From: Fibrobacterota bacterium
Lineage (GTDB): Bacteria; Fibrobacterota; Fibrobacteria; UBA11236
Reading direction: 5' to 3'
Length of the DNA: 64,000 bases
Assembly (NCBI GenBank): GCA_028287505.1
Contig: JAQBPN010000070.1
Location: 3,671-67,670, forward strand
The notes under the pieces were generated by a model. The model saw only the letters and a list, made by a program, of their open reading frames with translations. It was not told where the DNA came from and made no database searches. Every line of letters begins with the position of its first letter. Position 1 is the first letter of the stretch. Made by a program: the position numbers and the translations under genes. Shown piece after piece: positions 51,609 to 62,558 of this stretch.

Positions 51609-53020
51609 CGGACGCTCATCGGGACTTTGTTCACGTCTCCGCCTTTGCGGATATACGTCGAAAAATAGGAGCGCGCTTCTTCCGGCTTGCTCAGGTTGAG
51701 CAAGGTGCTGCCCAGGATGAAATAGGGTTCCACCGCCTCGTAGCAATAGACGGTGGCGTTGCGCCCGTATGGCAGCAGCTCCTTATCGTTCTTCTGCCGG
51801 AAGTGGAATTCCATCGCCAGGGTATTGCCTTCGCAGGACAAGGGATCCCGGTCCAGCAGCACCTTCAAGTTGTCGGAAATGGTCTGATAATCCTCGTTGC
51901 CCATCAAATCCTCCCAGAGGGCGGTCAAGGCCGCGGCGTTTCCCGGCTTGCGTCGCAAAACCACCCGGTAGAAATACTTGGACTGTTTTTCGTAGTTGCG
52001 CAACTGCAACTGGCGCGCCATGAACTCCTGGAGGTCCGGATCCTGTTCCTGATATTCCTCTTTGAGGGTTTCCCAAATCTGATCGGACTTGAATTTGTTG
52101 CCGGTGCTGGCATAGAGCCGGTACAGGTCGGCATTGACGAGCACTCGCAGCCTATCCCAGGAGGTTTCCAGGGCCTTCTGATACGCCGCGGCCGCCTCGT
52201 CGTTGCGGTCTTCCGCCGCGGCATCCATGGCTTTCACAAGATTGTAGTAGTCCCGGTAGGAAGGCGAGTTGGCTTCCCGCTTGAGGAAGTCCCGCACCTC
52301 CCGCCACTTGCCCTGCTGGGCGTAGTTCATGTTCACCAGGTAGGCCATTTCCCCTTGCGGAAACCGTTTCAGCAAGGACGCGGGAATCTTGGGATCCAGA
52401 TTACCGTTGAGAAAGAAGTTGACCAGCAGCAGGTTGCGGGCGCTTTCATAATCGAGCTGATCCGCGAAGCGGGCGAGCGTGGACTGGCAAAGCGCGTAAT
52501 CCCCCTGGCGGAAGGCGAGCACGGCGGTCTTGCGGTTTACGGGCAGGTAGGACTGCGTGCGGGACCCCAGGTTCCTCAACACAAGCAGTTGCGCGGAGTA
52601 CAGGCGTTCCTTTTCCAACCCGTTCTGCAATTGATCGAGACGAGCCGGATCCAGATGGGCCAGGTTGGGCATCATGTAGGGAAGGCTGGTCTTGATGCGG
52701 CCCTGGGACAGCCATACATCGCCGACCTCCAGGATGGTCTTGCCTTGGTTGCCGGAAAGCTTGATGGCCTCGTCGAAATATCCCTTTGCCAAATCGACCT
52801 GGGCGTTCTTCGCCGCCAAGGTCCCCAGCTTCATCCAATGGATGGGATTGTCCGGTTCCCGCGAAACCATCGCTTGCAGGGAATCTTCGCTGAGCTCGGG
52901 ATTCTTGTTCCGCGAGGAAAAGGCCGCGCCGCACATCAGGCAACCCATCAGCATCGTCCGGATGAGGACAACGCCCGGGCGCTTGCTTCGGAAAGAAGGA
53001 ACGTGCTTTTTAAGTGTCAT
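51605..53020 (-). CDS. Exported tetratricopeptide-repeat protein
   Basis: Signal peptide; TPR helices WMKLGTLA..AKGYFDEAI, AAAAYQKAL, YFILGSTL..EARSYF. Confidence 0.75.
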   Translation of the reverse strand: MTLKKHVPSFRSKRPGVVLIRTMLMGCLMCGAAFSSRNKNPELSEDSLQAMVSREPDNPIHWMKLGTLAAKNAQVDLAKGYFDEAIKLSGNQGKTILEVGDVWLSQGRIKTSLPYMMPNLAHLDPARLDQLQNGLEKERLYSAQLLVLRNLGSRTQSYLPVNRKTAVLAFRQGDYALCQSTLARFADQLDYESARNLLLVNFFLNGNLDPKIPASLLKRFPQGEMAYLVNMNYAQQGKWREVRDFLKREANSPSYRDYYNLVKAMDAAAEDRNDEAAAAYQKALETSWDRLRVLVNADLYRLYASTGNKFKSDQIWETLKEEYQEQDPDLQEFMARQLQLRNYEKQSKYFYRVVLRRKPGNAAALTALWEDLMGNEDYQTISDNLKVLLDRDPLSCEGNTLAMEFHFRQKNDKELLPYGRNATVYCYEAVEPYFILGSTLLNLSKPEEARSYFSTYIRKGGDVNKVPMSVR

Positions 53021-53253
53021 CTACACCTGTGGTAACGGGCTCCCCCGGGCGACCGATCGGTCTGGGGGGCCGTCTTGGCCAATACCTGTCAAAATATATA
53101 AAAAAGCCCTGGAGCCCCCCGCGCCGCCGGGCTCGGAATCCCACACCCGGGGACCCGGGTCGGGAGGGGAAATCCGGAGGGGTAAAAATGTATACTTTCC
53201 CAGACCGGGACCGGAGGCAAGGAGCCTCCCGAGACAAGGACCCGCGAGAGGAA

Positions 53254-55407
53254 ATGATGGCCGCGAACCCGCAGTATGCCGAAGGCGAAGTGATCGCGAA
53301 CAAGTACGTGGTGGAAGGCCTGCTGGGGGAATCCCCGGCCGCCCGGACATTTCTCGCCAATGGCAGCGCGGGAAAGCTGGCCGTGAAGATTTACCGGCCG
53401 GAAGTCTCCTCCCGGCTGCTGGCCGCCCCGGACTTTTTCCTGAAGGCCGGCGTGATGACGGAAATCGAACATGACAACCTTTGCGCGTGCATGGACGTGC
53501 AGGAGGAAATGGGCCTGGTTTTCGTGGCCCGCGCCTATTCGGACGGACAATGCTTCGAGGAATGGGTCCGCAAGCACCGCGGGGACGGCAACTATTTCTC
53601 CCGAGGTCTGGAACTCTTGTGGCAGACATCCCAAGGACTTGCGACCCTTCACGAACGCACCCGCCATCTGGACATCCATCCCGGCAACGTGATCGTGGGT
53701 CCCCTGGTGGCCAGGCTGTGCGATTGGGATCCCCGGGCCTTGGGTAACATGGAGATGACCCCGGATCCCCTTCCGGTCCGGCCCGAATACCAGGGTTACC
53801 GGGCCCCGGAAGCGGCGGGCCGCGGCGGATTCCTCAGCTATCCCAGCACGGATCTCTTCGCGGTGGCGGGCCTGCTCTATCGCCTCGTCAAAGGGGAACA
53901 TCCCTCCGTGAACCCGGCGCAAACCCTTGGGGAAATTCGCGCTTTCGACAAGGACCTGGCGATTTTCCTATCCAAAGCCATGCATCCCAGGCCGGAAGAA
54001 CGCTTTCAGGATGCCGGGGCCTTCTCGGACGCCCTGTGGGAACTGCATGCGGCCATGGGACGGATGCAGGAACGCAACGCCAGGAGCACACCCTCGCAAG
54101 CGGCTCAGAAACCGGCCCCGGAACTGATGGCCCGCACGGCCGAAATGCATTTTCCGGATCCGCCATCCCCTCCCCCTGCCAAGGATCTTTTCGCCGATCT
54201 CCCCGGGGGCAAGGAGCCCACCCTGTTCGGTGCGGCCAAGCCTGCGGCCGGCAATGACACCTTCTTCAATTTCTTCCCCCCCGCCGACGCCGCGCCTCCG
54301 GCTCAGAAGCCGGCGCCGGTCCAAAACGATTTCCAGGCGCCCGTGCCCAAGTCCTCCGGTGACACCCTCTTCGGCGCGCCGTCCCTTCCAAGCCACAGGA
54401 ACGAAGCGCCCGCGCCCGCCAAATCCGGGTTGAGCGATCTGGAAGCGCCCGGCACGATGTTCGGCTCCCAGGCGCCCCTGTTTTCCTCGCCGTCGAAGCC
54501 TGCGCCCCGAAACGATCCTCCCCCTCCTCCCAAGCCCATCGCCGTCAGCCTTTCCTCCCTGGAAAAGGATCCCCTGGAAATGGCCGGCAACGGAGAGCCC
54601 GGCGGATTCACCGCCTATGGTTTCAAAGGCGCGGGAGACAATCGCACCGGAATCTATACCCCCGAGGCCAAAGCCGCGGCGACGAAAACCAAGCTTATGA
54701 TCCTGCTCGGCACCGTGGGGGCGCTCATCCTGCTTTTCGGCCTGGGAGGCCTGTTCCTGTATTTGCGCAGCAATGCGGCCCACAAAGAAGAGCCGGTCGC
54801 GGAAACCAACATGGTTGCTCCGGCACCGGAACCGCAACCGATAGCGGAAACTCCCGCTCCCGAGCCGGCTCCGAAAGTCGCCGCGGATCCCGTTCCCGCG
54901 CCCAAGCCCGTGCCAGCCGCACCGCGGCCGGATCCGGCCCCGACCGCGACCCAGGCCGAAGGTTATTCGGAGCCGCCCATGCCGGTGGAACCGCCGCGAC
55001 CGGGCGCGGGCGCAGGCACGCAACCCCGCCCAACGGTTCCGGTCGAAGCCGCCAAGCCGCCCAAACCCGCCGTCTACAAGGGCAACAGCCATGTTACCCC
55101 CGAGCGGGAAGCCGCGCTGATGGGAATGGTACAGACCCGGACCTGGCCCAATTCCGCCTCGGAGTGCATCAAGGCCGCCGATGAGTTGAACGATCTGGGA
55201 AAGACGGCGGAAGCCAATGTCGCCTACTCCAAGGCCCTGGTCGCCTCAAGCGTAAACGACAAACAGAAAATCCTGGCCTTCGGCGGTTTGGCCGTGACCT
55301 TCCAGACCATGGGCATGCGCGATCAGGCCCGCGACGCGGTCCAGCAGATCCTGGCCATCAATCCCAAGAATGGTTTCGCGTTGAAGCTGAAAGAAAAGCT
55401 TAAATAG
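53254..55407 (+). CDS. Atypical Hanks-type Ser/Thr kinase-like membrane protein (kinase, Pro-rich linker, TM, Pro-rich region, TPR)
   Basis: LAVKI, HLDIHPGN, YRAPE, STDLFAV, PEERF; TM LMILLGTVGALILLFGLGGLFLYL; C-terminal TPR; GAGGA RBS. Confidence 0.8.
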   Translation: MMAANPQYAEGEVIANKYVVEGLLGESPAARTFLANGSAGKLAVKIYRPEVSSRLLAAPDFFLKAGVMTEIEHDNLCACMDVQEEMGLVFVARAYSDGQCFEEWVRKHRGDGNYFSRGLELLWQTSQGLATLHERTRHLDIHPGNVIVGPLVARLCDWDPRALGNMEMTPDPLPVRPEYQGYRAPEAAGRGGFLSYPSTDLFAVAGLLYRLVKGEHPSVNPAQTLGEIRAFDKDLAIFLSKAMHPRPEERFQDAGAFSDALWELHAAMGRMQERNARSTPSQAAQKPAPELMARTAEMHFPDPPSPPPAKDLFADLPGGKEPTLFGAAKPAAGNDTFFNFFPPADAAPPAQKPAPVQNDFQAPVPKSSGDTLFGAPSLPSHRNEAPAPAKSGLSDLEAPGTMFGSQAPLFSSPSKPAPRNDPPPPPKPIAVSLSSLEKDPLEMAGNGEPGGFTAYGFKGAGDNRTGIYTPEAKAAATKTKLMILLGTVGALILLFGLGGLFLYLRSNAAHKEEPVAETNMVAPAPEPQPIAETPAPEPAPKVAADPVPAPKPVPAAPRPDPAPTATQAEGYSEPPMPVEPPRPGAGAGTQPRPTVPVEAAKPPKPAVYKGNSHVTPEREAALMGMVQTRTWPNSASECIKAADELNDLGKTAEANVAYSKALVASSVNDKQKILAFGGLAVTFQTMGMRDQARDAVQQILAINPKNGFALKLKEKLK

Positions 55408-55846
55408 CGGGGTAGGTCTTTGGCGAGTCTTCCGGCATCCAGACCATTTCGCCGGGACCGGGAACCAATTGCCCTGACTTGACCGTCACGGAAATCCGGG
55501 AAAGGGAACGCAACATTCCCGGACCGCCGCCGAACCGGCCCAAGGCTTCCACGGCCACGCGCAGGTTGGGATCGATGCCTCCGGAAAAAAACACGTTCGG
55601 AAATCCCAGCCAGCAGGCGAGCAGGTTATCACCGTCGCTGCGCCACTCATAACGCCAGCGCTCACCCCGGTACGGTCTCGGTAGGCCCGGTTCGCCCATT
55701 TCGATGAAAGATTGCAGGCAATGGCCGGAGCTTTTGGCCTGGGAGACCAGGATGCCTGCCAGCACCGGCAGGCGGGCCGGGGTTTCCAGACGCGTCCGCA
55801 AGGGCAGGATTACCCGGGTGCTGTTGGCCAGAACGATGAAACTCAT
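55400..55846 (-). CDS. Hypothetical protein, stand-alone paralog of the N-terminal domain of the upstream gene
   Basis: Colinear similarity to 55859-57217 (see findings); 12-bp gap. Confidence 0.7.
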   Translation of the reverse strand: MSFIVLANSTRVILPLRTRLETPARLPVLAGILVSQAKSSGHCLQSFIEMGEPGLPRPYRGERWRYEWRSDGDNLLACWLGFPNVFFSGGIDPNLRVAVEALGRFGGGPGMLRSLSRISVTVKSGQLVPGPGEMVWMPEDSPKTYPAI

Positions 55847-55858
55847 GAGCGGGGGCGA

Positions 55859-57217
55859 TCAGGCAGGCGTATGCGCATCCGCGGCCTTCCCCGCCAGGTA
55901 ATCGCTCACCATTTCGCGCATGGGATTGCCGACGGAATCCCAGGCCGAATACCCATAGGTCTCGTCGAAGACGGATTCCAGGGACCGGAGAATCTCCCCA
56001 TGGGAACGGTAGAGGTCGCGGATATCCGACTCGAGGCCGGCCTGGAAATGGGAAGGAGGATCCGCCGGAGGCGAACGGCCTTCCAGGGCCATCATGGCCG
56101 CGCTCGCCGAATTCAGCCGCTCGGACCAGTCCGCGTGGGAAGGCTCGGCGAGAGCGCTTTGCAGGACATCCTGGTGGGCGATCAAAGTCCGGGCGACTTG
56201 CGCCAGGGCCGCCACGGCTTCTCCCGCGGGAAGTTCCGCGATGGAGGCTTTCGGGCGGGCGGAGAGGGAATCTCCGCCATGACGGAGCAGGCGGTGCATC
56301 ATGGGATGGCGGATGGCGATGCGGCGCCCGGCCGTCGCGGCCGGATCCTTCAGCAGTTGGGCCACGTCCGCGGCGTTGCCTTGGGGTTCCAGCCAAAAGA
56401 CCCAGGCGCCGTTGCCGCTTTGGCCCATACCGCGGATCTTTTCCGTGGCGGCCTGGCGGAATCCGGCTTCTTCCAGGCCTATGTCCCGGCCGAACCAATG
56501 GGTAATCTTGCGGTTACGTCCGTAGAAACAGCCGCCCTTGATGGCGTAGTAGCCCGCATCCTTGCCGTCCGCCTGGGACGAAGGCGCCAGGTTTTCCACC
56601 ACCGCCTGGATCCAGTTCTTGGGATCCCAATGCTTTTCCAGGCTGACGGGGACGCGATCGGCAGGGTCCATCTGGAGCGCGGCCATGAGCACGGGCTGCG
56701 TTTTGCCTCCGAACTCGAAGACGTCCAGGACGTGGCGTTCGATGAAATTGTGCGGCAGCAAGGCGGGAAAGAAGCGCTCGCCCAGGTTGAGGAAGCCGGG
56801 TATGAGCGGCGGAGACATCTGGGCCTGCAAGGTGACGTCCAAGCCGCCGGAAAAATCCTCGCGTCCCGTCAGAGGCGAAGTGCCCACCACTTCCACGGAA
56901 AGCGAGCGGGGCGATTTGCCTTCCGCATCGGCCGTGAAAAAACGGTCCGGGATACCCAGATAATAGGCATAAAGATCGCCCGCGGCTTTCTGCACCCACA
57001 ACTCCCAATCCCCGCCGGCATAGCCGCGCATGGCATCCTGACAGATGCGCAAAGGAATGAACTCCTGGGTGAAGGCGCCGCCGGCGGAAACCTGGATCAC
57101 CATGGCGGTGGCCGTGTCCAGCTTGGACAAGGCGCCGTTCATCCGTTCCCCGTTGCGATCTTCCAACGAGAGCGGGACCAGAACGTTTCTGGAGTTGAGT
57201 GTGACCTGGTAGGACAT
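55859..57217 (-). CDS. Hypothetical multidomain cytoplasmic protein
   Basis: 452-aa ORF from ATG 57217 with host-like codon bias. The start is supported by alignment to the neighbour's N-terminus (MSYQV vs MSFIV). Confidence 0.75.
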   Translation of the reverse strand: MSYQVTLNSRNVLVPLSLEDRNGERMNGALSKLDTATAMVIQVSAGGAFTQEFIPLRICQDAMRGYAGGDWELWVQKAAGDLYAYYLGIPDRFFTADAEGKSPRSLSVEVVGTSPLTGREDFSGGLDVTLQAQMSPPLIPGFLNLGERFFPALLPHNFIERHVLDVFEFGGKTQPVLMAALQMDPADRVPVSLEKHWDPKNWIQAVVENLAPSSQADGKDAGYYAIKGGCFYGRNRKITHWFGRDIGLEEAGFRQAATEKIRGMGQSGNGAWVFWLEPQGNAADVAQLLKDPAATAGRRIAIRHPMMHRLLRHGGDSLSARPKASIAELPAGEAVAALAQVARTLIAHQDVLQSALAEPSHADWSERLNSASAAMMALEGRSPPADPPSHFQAGLESDIRDLYRSHGEILRSLESVFDETYGYSAWDSVGNPMREMVSDYLAGKAADAHTPA

Positions 57218-57373
57218 CGATATTTTCCCCGTAGAGGATGTGAGAAAAATAGCTTTTTGGGCCGGAACGCCCATGTTCCGGGATCGGAAATCCGCAATCC
57301 TTTGCCTTATAATATGAAATTCCGCAAACTTAAAGTGGCGGAATTTTCCGGATTGAGGGGATGGCCGAAAAGT

Positions 57374-58366
57374 CTAGGCGAGAACGGACTCGAAGGCGAG
57401 CAAGGTGCCCTCCACAGTCGACCCTGCGCCCCGGCCCGGCCCGGAAGCGGACTCCGGGTCCCCGGCCCCGTCGAAATCCTCAGGCAAGGGGAGCCGCCGG
57501 ATCCCGGCGCCCTCCCGCCCCGCCGCCAGGAACGTCTCATCCAGGTTACGGCGGAAGCGCTCCGGCGAGATGCCGCCGAAATTCGTCAGCGAGTAGATCC
57601 TGCCCTGCGGCCGCAACAGGCGTGCGCATTTTTCCAGCAGGCGCCAATAGTCGTTGGCGAAGGAAAACGTGCCGGCCTCCGATCGAGAAAAGCTCGGGGG
57701 ATCGAGGATGATGACATCGTAGGCGAGGGACTTCTTCGCCGCCCAATCGAGATACTTCCCGCTGTCCATGCGCACGAACTTCATCCGCTCCGCCGGCAAG
57801 CCGTTCAGGGCCAGATTTTCCCTGCCCCAGCCGAGATAGCGCGCGGATACGTCCACGTTCACCACCGACGCCCGGTTGCCGTGCGCGGCGGCTATGCCCA
57901 GCGAACAGGAATAGCTGAACAGGTTGAGCACATCGTGATCCGGGCAGGATGCCGTCAGGGTCTCCCGTAACAGCCGCGTATCCAGGAAGAGCCCCACGTT
58001 GCGGGGATGGCGCGGATGGATCCGGAACTTCAAAGGGCCTTCCCGCACGTCCGCGCTTTCGGGAACGGTTCCGTACAGGTCGCGGCCCTCCTCCCTGCCC
58101 TCTTCCCCCTTGGCGCTGCGGTCCTTCAGGGAGATGCCCTTCGCCCCCGTGACCTCGGCGAGCCGGGAAGCGAAATCGCCATATCGTTCCGCGGTATCCT
58201 TATCGTAAGCGTACACCGCCAGGTACCCGGCGAAAACATCGACGATCAAGCCGGGCGTGCCGGAAGCCGCGCCGTTCAGGAGCCTATAGGCGTCGGTGCG
58301 CTTCCGCAAGGCGGAGCGCTTTTGCCAGGCCGATTCCAGCGCTTTCTCAAATCCAGGCAAATCCAC
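57374..58366 (-). CDS. Class I SAM-dependent methyltransferase, RlmI/RlmK-like
   Basis: YRLLNG..PGLIVD, GLFLDTR, VLNLFSY, VDVS, IILDPPSF. Start uncertain. Confidence 0.88.
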   Translation of the reverse strand: MDLPGFEKALESAWQKRSALRKRTDAYRLLNGAASGTPGLIVDVFAGYLAVYAYDKDTAERYGDFASRLAEVTGAKGISLKDRSAKGEEGREEGRDLYGTVPESADVREGPLKFRIHPRHPRNVGLFLDTRLLRETLTASCPDHDVLNLFSYSCSLGIAAAHGNRASVVNVDVSARYLGWGRENLALNGLPAERMKFVRMDSGKYLDWAAKKSLAYDVIILDPPSFSRSEAGTFSFANDYWRLLEKCARLLRPQGRIYSLTNFGGISPERFRRNLDETFLAAGREGAGIRRLPLPEDFDGAGDPESASGPGRGAGSTVEGTLLAFESVLA

Positions 58367-58443
58367 CCCGTCGAAACATCGTGATTGTTCGATCCACGGC
58401 GGAAAAATTATAAATTTGAGGGGAACCAACCCGGGATTGTTAG

Positions 58444-60021
<1,578 letters not shown>

Positions 60022-60039
60022 GCCCCGATTTCGATTAAG

Positions 60040-61260
60040 TCAACGGGAAATCATGGAGCGCATCTTCCAAATCAGGGAAGGCGTGCTCCAGAGGGTCGAT
60101 AGGAAGATGCGGCTCATGGTCACCTTCTCGGCGGGGATCCTGGCCAGGCTCCCCGCGGCCTTGTCGAAAGTCTCGTCCTTGATTTCGGAAAAAGGCGCCT
60201 TGGCGCGGTGGATGCGCAGGTTGGCATTGCCGTAGGCGGCATCCCATTTCTCCTTGAAGGCCTTGTAATACGGCTGCTTTTCGGATTCGGCCGACAACTC
60301 GATGACGGCCAGAGCCGCCTCGGCCGCGAGCTTCCCTCCCATCATGGCTTCCAGGATTCCCGCCCGGCTTATCGGGTTTACCATATTGGCGGCGTCCCCC
60401 GCCTTGAATAGGTTGTCCACCGCCAGGGGATCATGGGTATAGCCGCAAGGGATGACTCCGCCATGGACCGTCTCCACGGTAACACCCGGGTAAACCTTGT
60501 TCATGAAGTCCGTCATGGTCTTCCGTGCCGGCGCTTCCTTGGAAAACTTCTTGCCGATCACCAGGCCCACGTTGGCCACGTCCTTGTCGCGCGGAAAAAG
60601 CCAGGCATAGCCTCCGGGCGCATAGCGCTTTCCGAAAAACATCTGGATGTAATTGGTGGGGTATTCCAAACCCCGGACCAGTGCGAACAAGGCCGGCTCC
60701 ACGTCGAAATTGCCCTGGGTAATCTTCTCGCCCTGCCCGAAGCCGAGGCCCGGTCCGCTGGCATCGATCACCACCCTGGCCCTGATTTCGCCCGAGGACT
60801 CGCCTTCGTACTTTACCAGGCGCTTCCCGTTCTCGAACCGGGAAACCGCCACCGCGCGGGTGCGGAAGTTGCAATGCGCGCCAAGCCTTCGGGCCTCTTC
60901 GGCAAGATTCTTGTGCATCAACGCCCGGTCGATCAAAAGACCGCTTCCCGGATGCCGGAACGTCACCCGGGTCCCATTGGGCGAAATGAAAATGACCCCA
61001 TCGATGGGCTCCCGGATCCAGGCCGGCTCGATTTTCGGCACCAAAGCCTCAAGCCCCTTGGCCGAAACCGCTTCCGCGCACGAAACCGGCTCCCGCCAAG
61101 GATCCCGCTTGTCCAACAACGCCACCGAATAGGGCTTCCCCCCGTTACGGCCCCCGGAAGACTTGGCATTCGCCAAACCGATATTCAAAGCCGCCAAAAG
61201 CCCCGCAGGCCCGGCCCCAATCACGACAAAGTCGTATTCCGAAAGTAATGCGTCCTTCAT
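60040..61260 (-). CDS. Geranylgeranyl reductase family FAD-dependent oxidoreductase
   Basis: GAGPAG, SCAEAV, DASG, PGGYAWLFP, NVG, GDAA..VNP...GI. Confidence 0.88.
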   Translation of the reverse strand: MKDALLSEYDFVVIGAGPAGLLAALNIGLANAKSSGGRNGGKPYSVALLDKRDPWREPVSCAEAVSAKGLEALVPKIEPAWIREPIDGVIFISPNGTRVTFRHPGSGLLIDRALMHKNLAEEARRLGAHCNFRTRAVAVSRFENGKRLVKYEGESSGEIRARVVIDASGPGLGFGQGEKITQGNFDVEPALFALVRGLEYPTNYIQMFFGKRYAPGGYAWLFPRDKDVANVGLVIGKKFSKEAPARKTMTDFMNKVYPGVTVETVHGGVIPCGYTHDPLAVDNLFKAGDAANMVNPISRAGILEAMMGGKLAAEAALAVIELSAESEKQPYYKAFKEKWDAAYGNANLRIHRAKAPFSEIKDETFDKAAGSLARIPAEKVTMSRIFLSTLWSTPSLIWKMRSMISR

Positions 61261-61546
61261 AGGAACCCGTAAATGTAGTCAACAACCCCGGACGCCACAT
61301 CGAGACGGCCCCCAGCACACACCCCACCCACCCCACAATCCCATCCAAAATCGCACCCCCAGAGAATGCGCCCCGAATCGCCGCGTAGCGCCCCTCGCGG
61401 CGACTCTTCAATCAACCCCACACCAAACCAAAACCCAGTCGGCCCAACGATGTTCGAATGGATCAATCTTCGCCGCCGCGCCGAAACAAACCCGGTCGCT
61501 CTTCTCCTAACCCCCGGAACAATGCGGTGCCTTGTGCCGGTTTGGC

Positions 61547-61767
61547 CTTCCGCGGGTGGGGGCCGGGCCCAAACTGCATCCTCGCCAAGAAGGAAGCCAA
61601 CCGGCAAAGGCGCGCCCGGCGAGCGTTTGGACCCGTAGAAATGGATATCTCAGGGAAGGATGCGCAAATCAACCCACCGCACCGGCCAGGTTGCTCCTAC
61701 AGACCACTCAACCCAAGCAGCCCATGGCGAGGTCTTAAAGTTTGGGCCCGGCCCCCACCCGCGGAAG
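61547..61767. repeat. 221-bp fold-back element with perfect 29-bp terminal inverted repeats (MITE-like)
   Basis: cttccgcgggtgggggccgggcccaaact (61547-61575) is the exact reverse complement of 61739-61767. Inner cctcgcca/tggcgagg. Confidence 0.8.
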
Positions 61768-61793
61768 CCCGAGCAGACAAAAACACCCCGCGA

Positions 61794-62507
61794 CTAAATC
61801 TGCCAATCTATAGGATCAAGACCCGATTTTTCAAGAATCGCGTTGGCCTTGGAGAAATGGCGGGTCCCGAAGAAACCGCGGTCCGCCGAAAAAGGCGAAG
61901 GATGGGCGGCCTTCAAAACATGATGCCGCGAGGGATCGATGATGGAACCTTTTTCCTGCGCCGGCTTACCCCACAGCAGAAATACGAGTCCCTGCTTCTC
62001 ATCGTTCAAGGTCTGAACCACCGCGTTCGTGAAGGTTTCCCAACCCTTGCCGTGATGGGAGCCCGGTTGCCCGGCGCGGACCGTGAGGCAGGCATTCAGG
62101 AGCAGAACTCCCTGCTCGGCCCATTTTTCCAGATTGCCGTGATTGGGGATGATGAATCCCACATCCTTGTGCAATTCCTTGAAGATGTTCACCAGGCTGG
62201 GCGGAGGCTTGACGCCGGATTGGACGGAAAAGCAGAGACCATGGGCCTGGCCGGGGCCATGATAGGGATCCTGTCCCAGGATGACCACCTTGACCGCATC
62301 GAAGGGCGTCTTGTTGAAGGCGTTGAATATGAGCGGACCGGGGGGATAGATGACCGCGCCGTTCGCCTTCTCCTCTTTCAGGAACCGCTTCAGGTCCGAG
62401 AAATAGGGTTTGCGGAACTCGCCCGCAAGCCGATGCTTCCAGGAGGGTTCCATTTTCGGATCGATGCGCGACTCCGCCGTTTCTGCAGCCAAGGTACTTT
62501 CTTTCAT
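61794..62507 (-). CDS. ung: Uracil-DNA glycosylase, family 1
   Basis: [32 protein letters not shown]. Confidence 0.96.
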   Translation of the reverse strand: MKESTLAAETAESRIDPKMEPSWKHRLAGEFRKPYFSDLKRFLKEEKANGAVIYPPGPLIFNAFNKTPFDAVKVVILGQDPYHGPGQAHGLCFSVQSGVKPPPSLVNIFKELHKDVGFIIPNHGNLEKWAEQGVLLLNACLTVRAGQPGSHHGKGWETFTNAVVQTLNDEKQGLVFLLWGKPAQEKGSIIDPSRHHVLKAAHPSPFSADRGFFGTRHFSKANAILEKSGLDPIDWQI

Positions 62508-62558
62508 AGGGCTAAAATTAAGTCCTGGCCGGCGGAGCGGCAATCGCCAAGATGGCGA

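Noticed and set aside
55712..57970. 752-aa plus-strand ORF
   Set aside because: Runs antisense across three minus-strand genes that have better support (paralogy, methyltransferase motifs); composition is typical of a shadow frame.
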